This document shows positions 40,501-53,680 of a DNA stretch of 64,000 nucleotides, piece by piece (the stretch's first letter is position 1; every line of letters begins with the position of its first letter). The notes below the pieces were generated by a model. It was given only the letters and a program-made list of their open reading frames with translations, had not been told where the DNA came from and searched no databases. The position numbers were made by a program, and so were the translations under genes. This DNA is from Lepidodermella squamata (lineage: Eukaryota; Animalia; Gastrotricha), in contig JBLDXI010000073.1 in assembly GCA_047495785.1 (NCBI GenBank), forward strand, positions 1 through 64,000, written 5' to 3'.

Positions 40501-43500
40501 TCGTGATTCTTGCCTTAGAGTTGAATTTACATGTTTGTCATACCAGCTTCGTGAAATGTACCAGCAGTTGGGGACTTACATTGGTTATACGCCGGATGCG
40601 GCTCAGGTGCGGCGTCTCGTGGCGGACATTGACGCGGCCACTGGAGGCAATTTCAACCCCAACTTGAACGATCCTTATCAAATGTTCCCTAGATCATGTT
40701 ATTCTACTTATTTCATGTCCAGCAGAAATGTTACGCTGCTTCATTACTTGACGGCGTGTGATTCAGCGGGGCAGCAAGCGGATCAGCGGCTAGAAATCGC
40801 TCGGCTGTTTGTAGATCGTGGTGCTGATATTAATGCAATGGCGGAATACTACACGGCGTTGATTCTCGCGGCCAAAAATGGGCACGTCGAAATAGTTCGA
40901 CTCCTACTTGATCACAACGCTACCGTCGATGCGAAGTGGGTAGATGGCATGACGGCGTTACTGTGGGCGGCCGCGATGGGGAGGGTCGAAGCAGTTCGAC
41001 TGCTGCACTGAGAGGCTTTTTAGGCGTAAATGCGCATAATTTTAAGCGTAAGCGTATTTCGAATATTTTACCCCTAAATTGTCTTGCTTTTACGCTTAAA
41101 AGCGTAGGTGCGTGATTTTACCCGTAAAATTGCGCGAAAATTTTTAAGCGTAAATCGTTCAAGCTTTACGCGTATAAGATTAATATTTTAAGCGTAAAAT
41201 TAGTTTCAATTTTACGAGTAAACTCGGCAAATTTTACGCAGAAAATGTGGGTCTAATTATCATTCGTTTTACGCATTAATTATTCGAGGTCATTATTATC
41301 GCTGACGTAATTTATATCATCATTATCTCTCGCTTTCCCACTTTTTCATCATTATCATCATTTTCATCATTTATGTTTTTTCAACAGGAAGGTTATAGCG
41401 CGGCGTTCCTCTATTAATCGTTCGTGCGGCCGCACGCGCCTGTCGACCTGGCGCTGGTAATTGAAGATGAGCGATGACTTCATCAAAACTTATCTTATTT
41501 TCCTCTGATGAGAGAAACAGAAAACAGTCATAGAAAGTGATAAAAAGAAATAAAACATTGCTGTTTGGAAATGAAACGCCGGAGAATAAATAAATTCAGG
41601 ATTTATTGCGTGGAAGTGATGATAATAACGTGCGCTATTCGGCCTATATTTTTGCGCGCGTCTAAATTACTTAGTTTTACAAGCGCGCGCGCGCGCGACT
41701 TATTAGGTAGTATTTATTTGCTAAAATTTACTATAACGCAAAATCTAGGGCGAACATTCGGTATGCAAAAGTGTTTTCCTAAATTTTTCTGAATTTTGGT
41801 AATTTTGTCATTTTCCCCATTAATTCAAATTAAATCAAATTCAACGATGATTGAGCAACGCTGAATTTTCAGTAATAATTGAATTGTTTTTCGATAAAAG
41901 CTATCAGGAAACATCTCAAATGCCATCAATTTTAACATAATGAGACGGTCGCGCCGCATATAACAGCACAATAAACTTCAAAAGCGCGGCGCGGCTTTAA
42001 TCCGCGCTGTTGCCGCCTTGCGAAAACGTGCAATAAAGCAATAGATATAAAGTGATAGATAAGTGATGAAACAGTGCAAATAGGTGTATCAAGTATTAGC
42101 GGTGCATGAAGTGATAAACGAATAATGAAAATTGTTGTAATACACGTTTTGAATTAATGATGGCTAACCTTGTCGCTGTGTTATTTTTCCTGTATTAAAC
42201 AAGCCGAATACGAGGCAATAAAATAAAATAGGGCAATAAAATAACCAACCGTCCGATGATGGCGATGATGATGATGATGATATCAGAGATATTAATTTGT
42301 AAATTAATCTGGTTAGAGCTGATGGTAACGAGATTCAAACACGATGAAAATAGTGAATAAAACATGAACGCTCGACAAGTTCAAAATTTCAAATGCTGGC
42401 AGCGCACAGCCTTTGTAACTGACGCGCGGCTAAAAGCGGCGCCTTTGTGCGCGCGCGGCGGCTCGTCCTTTATGATGCAACAAACTGAGGCGCTGGCAAA
42501 TTTGATTTGATGCGCGGTATTCCTAATGCGCCACTCAACCTGTACCCATTTTTTTCATCACTTTTTATCACATCATTTCACCAGCCTTTATCACTGCGGC
42601 CGGAAATAAAAACAGACTACAATAATAGGAAAAGGGCAACACCTGCAATACCTGTTTGCAACGGAGAGATGAAAAGTCTTGATTGCAGGGCGTGTTAGCC
42701 GCCGGTCTTTTAACGAGCCGCAAAGCGGCCGCTGTTAATTTAACAGGTGGCTGACGGTGTTGACCTGCAAAACCTGGATCAGTACTTCACGGCAAGTAAT
42801 TGACATTTAATGAGAGTGTACACGTCGCTCGGGTCGCGCGAGTCACACGCAGCGTGAAGTTGTTGCCACGTGCGCGGCGTGAAAAACTGCGGAGGCGTGA
42901 AGTTGTGGTTCGGCGCGCCCAGCCCAATGCGCGCGTCGTTTTATCGTAAAATCTAGGCGCCAAATTCGAATTCAAAATATTGGCGCCAAAATGTGGACAC
43001 CTTGTTCTGCCTTGCAGCCGGCGGATGGGCGGAGCTGAACTGCTGCCCTCCGGTTGCTGGCTGCAATGCCTAATTTAACGCCGAACTACCTGACCGGTGT
43101 TTTCATTACATTATTAGACATTATGACCTGAAACGTTATTGCTCTCCCCTCGGCTGTGTATCCCCAGATTGCATGCTCATCAATGCATATCATTATTATT
43201 TCACCATGTTTATTTCTAGGTTTTCGCGTTATTCGGCCTGCGCCGTTGTTACGTGCTTCTGATTTCTTTCTTGAAAATCAGGATTTTTAATTAATTCTTT
43301 GACAAACATCTGAATTTTATCACGTTTCAATTTCGCCAAAATTTTCTTAATAGCTTTTAAGGTATACTGCTTCAAATTTCAGGGTTGCAGTTTCGTTCCC
43401 GAAATCCAACTAGAAATTTTTTTTAGCTCGGTTGTATTTACATGTTTTAGCTCAGATTATTTTTCGCCCGCATGATTTTGCTGGTAAGAGAGACACATTT

Positions 43501-44273
43501 GGCTCTATTCTCTCCTTATATCTCTCCTTATATCTCTCCTTATAGCGGTACCAAATTTGCTTTTTGCAGAATTTTTTTACCAGCTTTTAGCGGAACCAAA
43601 TTTCAGTAAAAAATTTGAAAATTGCAGCGAATTAAATTTTGAGCGGAATCATCCGGTTGCAACTTGTCCCGCCCGGCCGCTCTGCCGCGGATGAGTTGTC
43701 TCAAATTATTGCATATTTTTAATTTTTCACCGAAATTCGGCTCCGCTAAAAGCTGGTAAAAATGTTCTGTTTACTTTTGCTATAATCAAGTTGGGTAGGT
43801 AATGCTGCCGTCGTTCATTTTTATTAATAACAATTTTGAAGTTGATATTTCGGAAAATTTTTAAGCATGTAAGCACGTAAAGTTTTATATCATTTTTTAA
43901 TAATTTACGGTTATTTTCTCACTTTTCAATTTGTCGTTTTCACGGCGTCGGCTGCTATAGAAAGCCGGCCTGATTTTTTACCGCTTTCATACGGCCAAAC
44001 AAAGCTATCAAGACGACGTTATTTAATTTAATTTACATAATTTTTGTGAAAATTTCGGGCTTTGAAATAAGCATAACAGGCGTTCCTATAATTTTTCTTC
44101 AGGGACCACCTTAGCCCTAAATTGAACTTCAGCTGCTTCCCACAGCCACCTTAAGATACCCAACTTTTTGAAAAAAAATTTCATATACTTGATTTTTTTC
44201 TAAGCACAATTATTTCGTGAATTTATTTAAATGCTTAATTTTTATATTCGCATGCTAGAGAATTTTCACTATA

Positions 44274-47200
44274 ATGGCGGGTCGTAAGAGACGACTCCCG
44301 GACTTTTCTATCCAGTTCATCTGCCCGGTTTCAGGCTGTAAATTTGCTCATCATGTGATGTCGACTTTGGAAAGTCATCTGCGGCAACAGCATCCCGATT
44401 CGTTTCGGCTGGCTCTGAATTTTCGTTGTCCCCGAGATTGCAATCAGACATCAAGCATCAGTTATTTGCACGACTTCAAAATCCACGTAAGCAACTGCGA
44501 TGCCCCGGTTAAATTGCAAAAAATCGACTCGGTCGCTCTACCTATGCCGCCTCTGCCGCAATCGCTTCAGGGTGATCAGATGTTTCCGGTCGGCGTTCCG
44601 GATATTTCCGTGCCCGATTCACCTGAAGATGACCTCGCGCCCTTGGTTGTGCCCACGTCGAACTTTGTTCCTACGTCGAATCTACCTGTGCGATACACCC
44701 GAAATCAACTCGAGCGTCGAGATGTCGATACTGAAAACTTTAATGAAGTTGTGTCAGATTGCCTTGACATGCGCATCAGCGGAAGCATGTTGACGGAAAT
44801 CGACCGATACGTCGCGGGTCGATTGAATCAACTTCGTCGATACGGCCACTTCCCTGCGGCACAACTACTCGGCCCGATGAAAACCGAGCGTAGCAGAGAG
44901 CGGTATTTCAGCAACACCGGCCAACTGATCAAGCCCGTGCCGGTTGTATTCCCGTCGAAAAACAAAGGCTACGTCATACCTTTTCTGCCCACGCTGAAAG
45001 CTGTTCTCAAAATGCCTGCTGTTCAACAGCAAATTTTCAACCCGGTGAAACCGCCAGTCGATGGAGCAATGACCGACTTCTGTCACGCTCCATTTTTTCA
45101 AGACATTCAAAAGCAGAGTGGCTTTGACACTTGCATCGGAATAATGCTTCACCTCGATGATCTTGGGATGACAAACGCTTTAGGTGAGTGTATTTTCGAT
45201 TTATATATTTTCAAAAATCTGTCATTTTTTTAAACAAATTCCTTGAAAATAGAAAATTAATCTCCAATAAATTCTAAAATTGATAAATTGCATGTCGATA
45301 AAATTTCTGAACTATTATATGAGTTATTCACGATCAAATTTGGCTTGGTATGTATTACAGGGTCTATTTTAAATCGGGGTTCCGGTTCAGTGAATTTGAG
45401 ATGATTGTTTTAGTTGAACACCTCGCATTTTTTTATGTAGTGTCCCAGAATTTGTGCAACAATTTTTTAATTTGCCAGCTTGTTGTAGGAAATTCAACAA
45501 TTTTTTACAATTGAACCTACCGAGAGAAAATTCCATCTTTTATCCGCGATTTAACCGAAGAAATAGAAAATTTACTGGAGAAAAGCCGGAAAACCCCGAC
45601 GATAACTGATTCGGTAATTTTCCGTCAACAAATTCAAATTTTTCCGAACGTTTTTAATCTCATTAAGAAGTGACATACCTAATTACTTTTTTCGTGATTT
45701 TTTCGAATTTTTTTCAGGTGCCCGCCGCGGAAGCAACTTGATGCGAATAATTCAATGGCAACCTTCTAACCTCTGGCAGTATATCCGTTCGCGAATCACT
45801 TCGCACGTGCCGCTAGCCATAGCTAACGCGAAAGAATTCAAGTTTGGCGGCGACAAACCTTGGCGTGTGGTTCTGTCCGATTTTCTGGAAGCGATGCGTG
45901 ACCTTTGTCTCAACGGCATTGAAATTCCTGGTTGCAAGATCAGAGTGGGTGTGCAGTTCCTCGCCCTTCTGGGTGACGGCAAGGCTTGCCACGAAATCCT
46001 TGGCATGTTCGCATCATTCGGTTTCTACATGAAGTCCTTATGCTCGCAATGCATGATCGGCGGCAGTCAAATACGTAAGTTATGAATTTTCTTTTTATTT
46101 TCAATAATTTTAAATTCCCAAATATTTCCCTATGAATTCAGAACTACGGTTTATTTATATCAAATTAAAGCTCGATTCTCCTTTATTTTTGGTGAATTTT
46201 GTTTAAACTATTCAAATTTATCAAAATCTGTGATATTCCAAATTTTTAAAATTGATTGAAAATTGATTGAAATTATTTTCGAATCATCAGCTCATGTTTG
46301 TGTTGCCGATAAATTCGTGCGAACTCGCGGAAGCATCATCGCGCAGCTGAGGCGTATCCAAAATGCCCGCAATCCAAAAGAACGTGAAAGGCTGAGGAGC
46401 ATTTTCGGCTTGCACTTCCGAAGTGCGCTGTTCGACATGCCGATTTTCAGCTTCAAGCAGCATCTCTTTGATGCTTTTCATGTATTCTTGCAGGTACCAG
46501 TTCAATAAAATATTAATATTATGCTGGTTTCTAATAATAAGCTTATATAGGGCGTTGTCGTTCGAGAAATTCGCCTGCTTTTCAACTGGCTAATCAATGT
46601 CGAGAAAGTGATCAATTTCCAGCAACTCGCCGATAAATTGGCCTCGTTCAAGACGTTTCTCGCCAAGCACAAGTTGCCGTTGGTCAAGAAGACGGATTAC
46701 TCCCCAATCGGGAAAGGAATCGAGCATCTGCTACTGCTGGTCTATCTGCCACTCGCCCTTGAACGAGTCCTACCAACCGACTGCGTTCAATTCGCGTCGA
46801 TCCTCCAGCTGGCTTTGATGGTTCAACTCATTCTTTCGCCCATCATTGATCAGAAATCAATTGAGCAAGTCAAAGCTCTAACTACTGCTCATCACATCGC
46901 GTTCAAGAAAGCCTACCCTAAATCGAAACAAGTCGCCAAGCATCACTGGAGTCTACACTTCGTTCCACAAATGTTGGAATTCGGCCCGGCTCGAAATTAC
47001 TGGGCCATGAGGTAAGGTTATTTCTAATGTTGAGTTTACAATTATTCGCTAGTTCTTCGAGATTAGCTAAATATTTTGTTAAATTTGCCTGGCCCTTTTA
47101 AAATTATTTGATTTTTCATTATTCGAAATTTGTGGTGTCATTACTGGATTTCTTCATTTTTTCGATGGATTTTTTCCAGACAAAAATATCTACATTATTC

Positions 47201-48083
47201 GAGAATATAACTGAAATTCGGGAATATTCAAACAAAATTCAGCGATTCCAGTCAGCGATGAAATGAAACGTGTAGAGAAGCGGGATCATTAATAACCATG
47301 GTTTTTCTTATTTCCCCGAACTTTTACATGGAAAAACTTTTACGATCGCATTTTGCATGTATTTTATTGAACGAGAAGTTAAGGTGGCATTTTACGAATT
47401 TTTTCTCGATTTCTAAAATTAATTGCCGTTTCAAAACTTGGGCGCGAATTTCTACTGTTATCATTCTGTCCTCAATGCCCGTGTGGAAACTGCCCAATTT
47501 TATCAAACTGAAAATAATATCGGTCATCATTGTATTTTACTTTAATTTGCCTGCTCCATTTTTTAGGTGGGAAGCCACATACGCGCCGATTTCGCTAAAA
47601 CCTTGGCGAAATTTCGTTAATATGCCAAAATCAGTGGCCGATTTCTTGGCGTATCGTCTGGTCAAATTCGGCCTCGAATCGAAAAATCAAATCCGAGAAA
47701 TCGAGTCCATTGGAAAAGCTGTGGATGGTCGAAAGGACGTGGCTATGCTGGGAATCGATCACGCTGTAATCGAATCGGTTACCTGGCGCGGATCGACGTT
47801 CAACTCGAATGACATCGTCCTGGCTAACGGCTGCGAGCTTATTTTTTTTAAAATTGAACACTTTGTATATAACCGCAGCGACGGTGAAATTTTAGTTCGA
47901 CTACTGGAAGCGAATTGCAATTATTTTATGGGAACTAATTCGTATCAAATTGTGTCTTATGGTGGCAAATCCATCTTAGCTCCTCTGTCTCAAATTAGCT
48001 TCCCTTGGCCGGTACTGCGTAAGGCAGACCGCTTATTGTTATTAGCAACCCCAAGGGTGTTGTTTTTAATCGAAACCGAATAA
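44274..48083 (+). CDS. EnSpm-type DDE transposase with N-terminal zinc fingers, 5 exons, about 815 aa, frame intact
   Basis: CPVSGC..H..H finger; LHLDDLGMTNALG; ALLGDGKACHEILG..CSQC; FDAFHVFLQG; KHHWSLHF..FGP..WAMRWE. Intron phases 1,1,0,2 join correctly. Confidence 0.9.
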
Positions 48084-48134
48084 TTTAATAAATTATTTTT
48101 TTAGGAGTCGATTGTTAATTTCATTTTTTTTGTC

Positions 48135-49601
48135 ATGGATCGTTATACGAAGAAGCAACAGAAGCAACACGCAGCGCTTTTGCCGCCTGAATTGCGCGAT
48201 TTCAACTTCCCCACGTGTTTTCCACGACCTGACGAGCTTTCTGAACTGGGCCGCGCTTTCGCTGATGGCCACGACGTTTCAGTGAAGGCTCAAAAATCGT
48301 TTCGCAACGAAATCACGAATTACCTATGGTAAGTACTATTTTTTCATCATTTTTTTTATCATGGAAATCAATTTTTAATTTTTAATTTTATTTTCAATTT
48401 ATTTAAAATGTAAAAATAGTTTTCTTCGATAGAAATGTTTCAGAAATTTTTAGAAAATTGATTATAAAATCGTAGCAATTGTATGGAAATTATTATATAT
48501 TTTGTTTATTTTCTGAATTTTTTATTAAAATGTAAAATGTGGGGATTAATCATGTAAAAAATTGAAGCTTATGATTTAGAAATTTTGATTGAAAGATTTG
48601 AGAAATTTTTCGAAATAAAATTTTGGTAATCACTAATTAATTATTATGATAAATTTTAAAATTATGTAATAATTTTGAATTTTTGAATTTTGTTTTATAT
48701 GCATTTTTTATTACAGGAAATTTGTTCCTCGAAATGTTGGCAACCCAGTGCAACGGCGAATTATGTTCGCCAATTTCTTCGACACCCTGCTCCTCAACTA
48801 CCCAGCAATCCCCGGGATTCCAGTGCTTACGGACGGTCGCTCGAATGCAAGGGTGAGTTCGCCTACAACTTGGATAGTGAATTTATAGTCATTTTTCTAT
48901 TTTTCCAGCCCCCGGTATTCGACAAGATTACCTCTGCCATACGCATGCGGGAAAATTGCGGGTTCAATACTCGCCACCAGCGCCCTACTCTGACTCCCTT
49001 GCAGCCTCCGCCCACCCTATTTCTCCAGTCAACACCTACATCTCAAACACCGGCTATTTCGACACCAGAACAGCCAGCTTTTTCAATCCAGCGAGCACCC
49101 TCGGGTGATGAAAATCGCGCTGATTCTCTCAGCGGCAACGTGAGCGGAATCTTTCCGACAGCCGCCGAAATGCCGGAAATGGGTGAATTCTCGGAATTTC
49201 ATCCGCAAGCGCCTTATCAACACGTGCCGGCGGACCTCGTGCAGTCTAGCAGTTCTTCCACGCCCACCTACGCCGTTCTCACCCCGATCAACCCTCAGAC
49301 CTACCAGCAGCCAACTTTTCAAATGGCCCCGGTAGACTACGCTGTGCGTCGCCTGGCTCCAATTTCAATGCCAACGCCTGGCTTGGAGAAGAATATGCCA
49401 GCTGTGGATAATAACTTGCCCGAGTCGCTCAACACAGCTACGGAGATGATTCTAGTCGAGATTCCTGGCAGCAGCGACGGCCAGAAGGCAAATACCAGCA
49501 GTACCCCCGTAATCAAAATTGGCTGCCGTAAACGTGGAGGAGCGTCGAAACAAGATACGGCTGAAGCGGCTCCGCGAGCAACTCGGCAGCGTAAGCAGTA
49601 G
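48135..49601 (+). CDS. Transposon accessory protein (3 exons; P/S/T/Q-rich C-terminus, basic NLS-like tail)
   Basis: Exons 48135-48328, about 48717-48852 and about 48909-49601 splice in frame; lies inside the TIRs; ends CRKRGG..RATRQRKQ*. Confidence 0.7.
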
Positions 49602-51410
49602 CTGTTTTTGCCTCATGTTCGTCTCATATTATCCAAATAGTACACAACATACATCCGATAGTTCAAAATAATTTCGCTGATTTCTAAACTCTCGTTGCTT
49701 CCAATTTATTAGTTGTTAGCTCGAATCGTTTTTGCAAAATAATCTTCCGAACACTCCTCTTCAAACTATATTCAACGAAATTCAACGCCTTAATTTATCC
49801 AGCGACAATAAACATTGTTATTCCGTTTCATGCTTTATGTTTTATGGCGTCTAGTGTAAATATTTTTCTGTTTTGAGCGGTGTATTTTCCATGTGGTCGC
49901 GTCTCCTCCATAATATTATTGTATCATACTGTATTTATGCTGTTATTATATAAGCCTTTTTGTTAGGGAAAAATTCAAATTGTAAATATTCAATTTTTTA
50001 ATCGAGAATAATAATATCTCTGTATACTACTACATGTGTCTTCTTCATCCCGTTGTGACTTCTCCTCATTCTTTCTCATTCTTCCTTTGATTTCGTGTAT
50101 CATCACCTATATTTTGTATGAAACGTGCGCTCATCGAAGGATTTCAAATTATGAAGCAAAAATGTAAATCTCTTGTATTTATCTTGTATCTCTTGTATTT
50201 TAATGCATTTTTATTAAACAAAACAACATATTAATTAAACCTAGAAACACGCTGGAAAATTAATTAAGAAAAAATTCAAATACCACGTTTAACCTGAAAT
50301 AAAACACGCTTCGTATAATCAATGGTCTTTTTGTTGAGTTTATTCCTCATGTGCGCAAGTAGAGGAATTTTCCCGAGATTCATTTCAGAATAATATCAAT
50401 AATAACGTTTGATTGAGGGTTTACGCGTTAATGTCTGCCTAGTCGGGATATTAACGCGTAAATTTAGGTCAATATTGAAGCGTAAAAGATATTTAAGCGT
50501 AAAATTAGGCAATATTTACGCGTCATTTTTATTGAGAGGTTTTACCCGTAAACGCGCTCAAATTTTACCCGTAAATAGAGATTAAGCGTAAATTGCCTGT
50601 GAGTGTGCTCGACCGAAACGCTTACATCGAGACCAAGTCCCACGATAACAGGAGGGCGTTGCATCACGCGGTCACGTCTGGACACGTCGAAACAGCAAGA
50701 CTGCTGCTCGATCGCAACGCTGACATCGAGGCAAAGGGTTACCAGGGCGCGGCTGCGTTGCTTCTAGCGACCTACCTTGGGCGCGTCGAATGTGTCCGGC
50801 TATTGCTCGACAGGGGCGCGAATATCAATGTGAAAACCTACAATGGCTATACATCCCTGGATTTAGCAGTATGCACAGGCCAAACCGAATTAGCCGATCT
50901 GCTACGGACACGCGGCGCATTTCCATCACACCAGCCATGCCCTAATGCTTTCTTCAGCTGAATATAATATATGAAGCAGCAGCTGAATATACGTCGCCTC
51001 AAAACAGCGCGACTAAGCGCAAACCGTCTCAGTTCAGCTCCTTTTCTTAGCGTTAATGATTCATCGAAGTCGCGCTTACAAGCGTGAACTGTCTCGGTCC
51101 AGCTGTTTTGCCTAGTGTGGATGATTTAAATCGAAATAAAATCGAAATAATATAAGGAGAATACACGCGGCTCGATAAACATTTATTTCGCCTTACTCAT
51201 TTCTTGAAAAACATTTTGATCACGAAGGTACGAGGCTTCATGGAGTTCAGCTCCTTTTCTTATTGTTAATGATTCATCGAAGTCGAGCTTGCAAGCCCGA
51301 GGTCGCCCAGGTTCACTTCCGTTTCTCAGTTTTGATTTTTAAAAATTTTTAAATCATATTAAAATCATATTTGTTTTGATAGATGAAAAACATTCCCAAA
51401 TCGATAACAG

Positions 51411-53680
51411 CTCTTCAAAAACCATCCAACAGACATCGTACAACTTCAAGCTTGGTACACAGCTTTACAAAGCGCCTGAATTATTCGGCAAAATAGGGCA
51501 TTCGATCGAAAGCGATTGGTGGTCTTTGGGTGTAACATTGTTCGAGCTAGCCAATTTTTACTTACCTGTTAGTTTTTCTGGCTTTGGTTGTACAATTTGT
51601 TATCCTATTTCTACTTTTCAGTTTCAATATGCCCTGGATATCATGACGTAGGTTTCAGCTCAACATTAAAGTGCATAACCAATGGGGAAAATTTTCAGAA
51701 ATCGTCAAAAAAAGTTCGACGAATCGCGTGGTTATTCGCCTGCGTTCCGAAACGTCATTTTGGCATTTTTCATTAGAGATAGTTCGAGGCGCATTCCGCC
51801 GCTAACTCTTCTGAACTCATTGAATGATCCGAATTCACAGCAAATCGTAAATAATGGTCATGAGGTCAATTCGGCAGAGTTATTAGATCCGAACTCTCCG
51901 CAAATGGTATGCTAAATAAATCGATACATAAGTTTTGAATTACACTTCTGCATCCTTTCAGCGTCTCTTCCGTCTCATCAGACACCACAAAACGAGAGAA
52001 ATTGAAGCGCTGTTATCAAACTCAGATCTGCAATTGGACGTGAACTGCAAGAGTGATAAAGGCTTCACTCCGTTGTTTTTGGCTGCTCAAGAAGGCTGTG
52101 ATGATGTAGTAGATCTTCTAGTGACAAAGTTCCAAGCGGATCCCTTATCTGCGGACCTATTAGGAAGAACGCCGATGTACGTCGCTGCTGAAGCTGGCCG
52201 AGCACAGATTGTTCGAATTCTTGGGAAAATGCCACAGAGAAGTGTTGAGACAGCGACTGCGGATGGTAAGACACCGATATGGGCGGCTGCGGAGAACGGC
52301 CACTCTACGATGGTTAGAATATTGGCGAAAGAAATAGGAGCTAACCCTCAAGTAGCGAATGAGCAAGGCATGACATTGCTGCATGTCGCAGCTCTGGAAG
52401 GTCACGTGGAAGTAGCGAGAATTCTAGCAACTGAATTCATGACAAATGTAAACTCGACCATGCATTCGGGCTATACACCCTTGCATTTGGCCGTGCTAAG
52501 AGGCCACGTGGATGTGGTGAGTTCACTTTTGGCAGAATTCAAAGCTGATTCAAACGCAAAATCGAGAGATGGCACGACACCAGTGCTCATCGCAGCACGG
52601 GAAGGACACGCAGAGATCTTAAGAATCATCGCCACAGAAGTCAATGTTAAAACTGCTGATGATAAGGGCGAGACTCCATTGCACATCGCTGCTAGGAATG
52701 GACAAGCAGGAGTCGTAAGAATTCTGGCCGAGGAATTCCGTGTTGACGTTAATTCAATCAATAAAAATGGCTCGACACCCTTGCATCACGCTGTCGATAG
52801 GGGACACTCGGAAATTGTGAGAATTCTAGTCGGAAAATTCCATGCTGACGTTGATTTCTCCGACAAAGATGGTTCCACTCCCTTGCATTACGCTGTTTTG
52901 AATGGAGACGCCGAAATCGTGAGGATTCTAACCGGAGAGCTCCATGCTAACGTTAATGCATCTAATAAAACTGGATCGACTCCCTTGCATTACGCGGCCG
53001 ATGGGGGAAACGCTGATATCATGAGAATTCTGGTCGGAGAATTCCACGCTGACGTTAATGCTTCCGATAAAAACGGCTCGACTGCCTTGCACATCGCTGC
53101 TTGGAACGGACAAGCGGAAATCGTCAGAATTCTAACCGATGAATTCCAAGCTGACGTGAATGCCAGAAATAAAAATGGCCGGACTCCGTTGCACAACGCT
53201 GCTGTGAAAGGAAGTGCTGAAACCGTGAGAATTCTAGCTGGTGGATTCGATGCTGATGTTGACGCCTCGGATAAAAATGGCTGGACTCCCTTGCACACCG
53301 CTGCTCAGTATGGGCAAGTGGAAACCGTAAGAATTCTAGCCGTGGAATTCAAAGCCGATGTAAATGCTCTATGCATCAACAATGAGGTCTCATCTCGGGT
53401 GTCGAAGATACTCGGTCAAGATCCACCATCTGGAAAATGGATGACACCGCTCATGTGTGCGTCAGTGAATGGTCACTACGCAGTTGTAGATGTTCTAACT
53501 CGCGAGTTGGGAGCCGATGCCAATTACAGAGTGCCGTCTACTGGCTGGTCGGCTCTACTCCTCGCAGAGAATTGCGGCGATGGAGTCTCGGAAGAAAACA
53601 AGCTTAAAACCATAGAAATTCTCCTCTCAGCCGGAGAACAGAATGATGTGCATCCTCCCAAGAAAATAAAGGTTAATTGA
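51411..53680 (+). pseudogene. Kinase-ankyrin paralogue C: only kinase C-lobe exons plus an intact 15-repeat ankyrin exon
   Basis: Starts at the exon with GTQLYKAPELF..SDWWSLG; no N-lobe or HRD/DFG exons upstream; highly similar to B at DNA level; 581-aa open ankyrin ORF. Confidence 0.8.

Larger units (their letters stand above)
41006..50605 (+). mobile_element. Autonomous animal-type CACTA/EnSpm (CMC) DNA transposon, 9600 bp
   Basis: Imperfect TIRs CACTGAGAGGC.. / CACTCACAGGC..; 2-bp TSD TG (41004-41005 and 50606-50607); dense TTTACGC/GCGTAAA subterminal repeats at both ends; encodes a transposase and a second ORF. Confidence 0.93.
39005..50961 (+). pseudogene. Secreted Cys-module + 4 EGF + about 6 ankyrin gene, disrupted by a 9.6-kb transposon (exons 39005-41005, resuming 50608-50961)
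   Basis: Exon 1 MQSVAFVSTLLMIELCNCCSP; VICVDK..MRCR..PCLASE; four EGF exons (e.g. CSPPCLNGATCVETNKCSCPPTYSGTTC); a phase-0 splice into the ankyrin exon at 40547. Removing the element and one TG restores VRLLLDRNAYIE. Confidence 0.85.

Noticed and set aside
43575-43762. Internal inverted repeat of about 50 bp within the CACTA element as a separate MITE
   Set aside because: Degenerate and no TSD; cannot be separated from the element's own structure.
39005-50961. Notch orthologue
   Set aside because: Only 4 EGF; no LNR, TM, RAM or PEST region.
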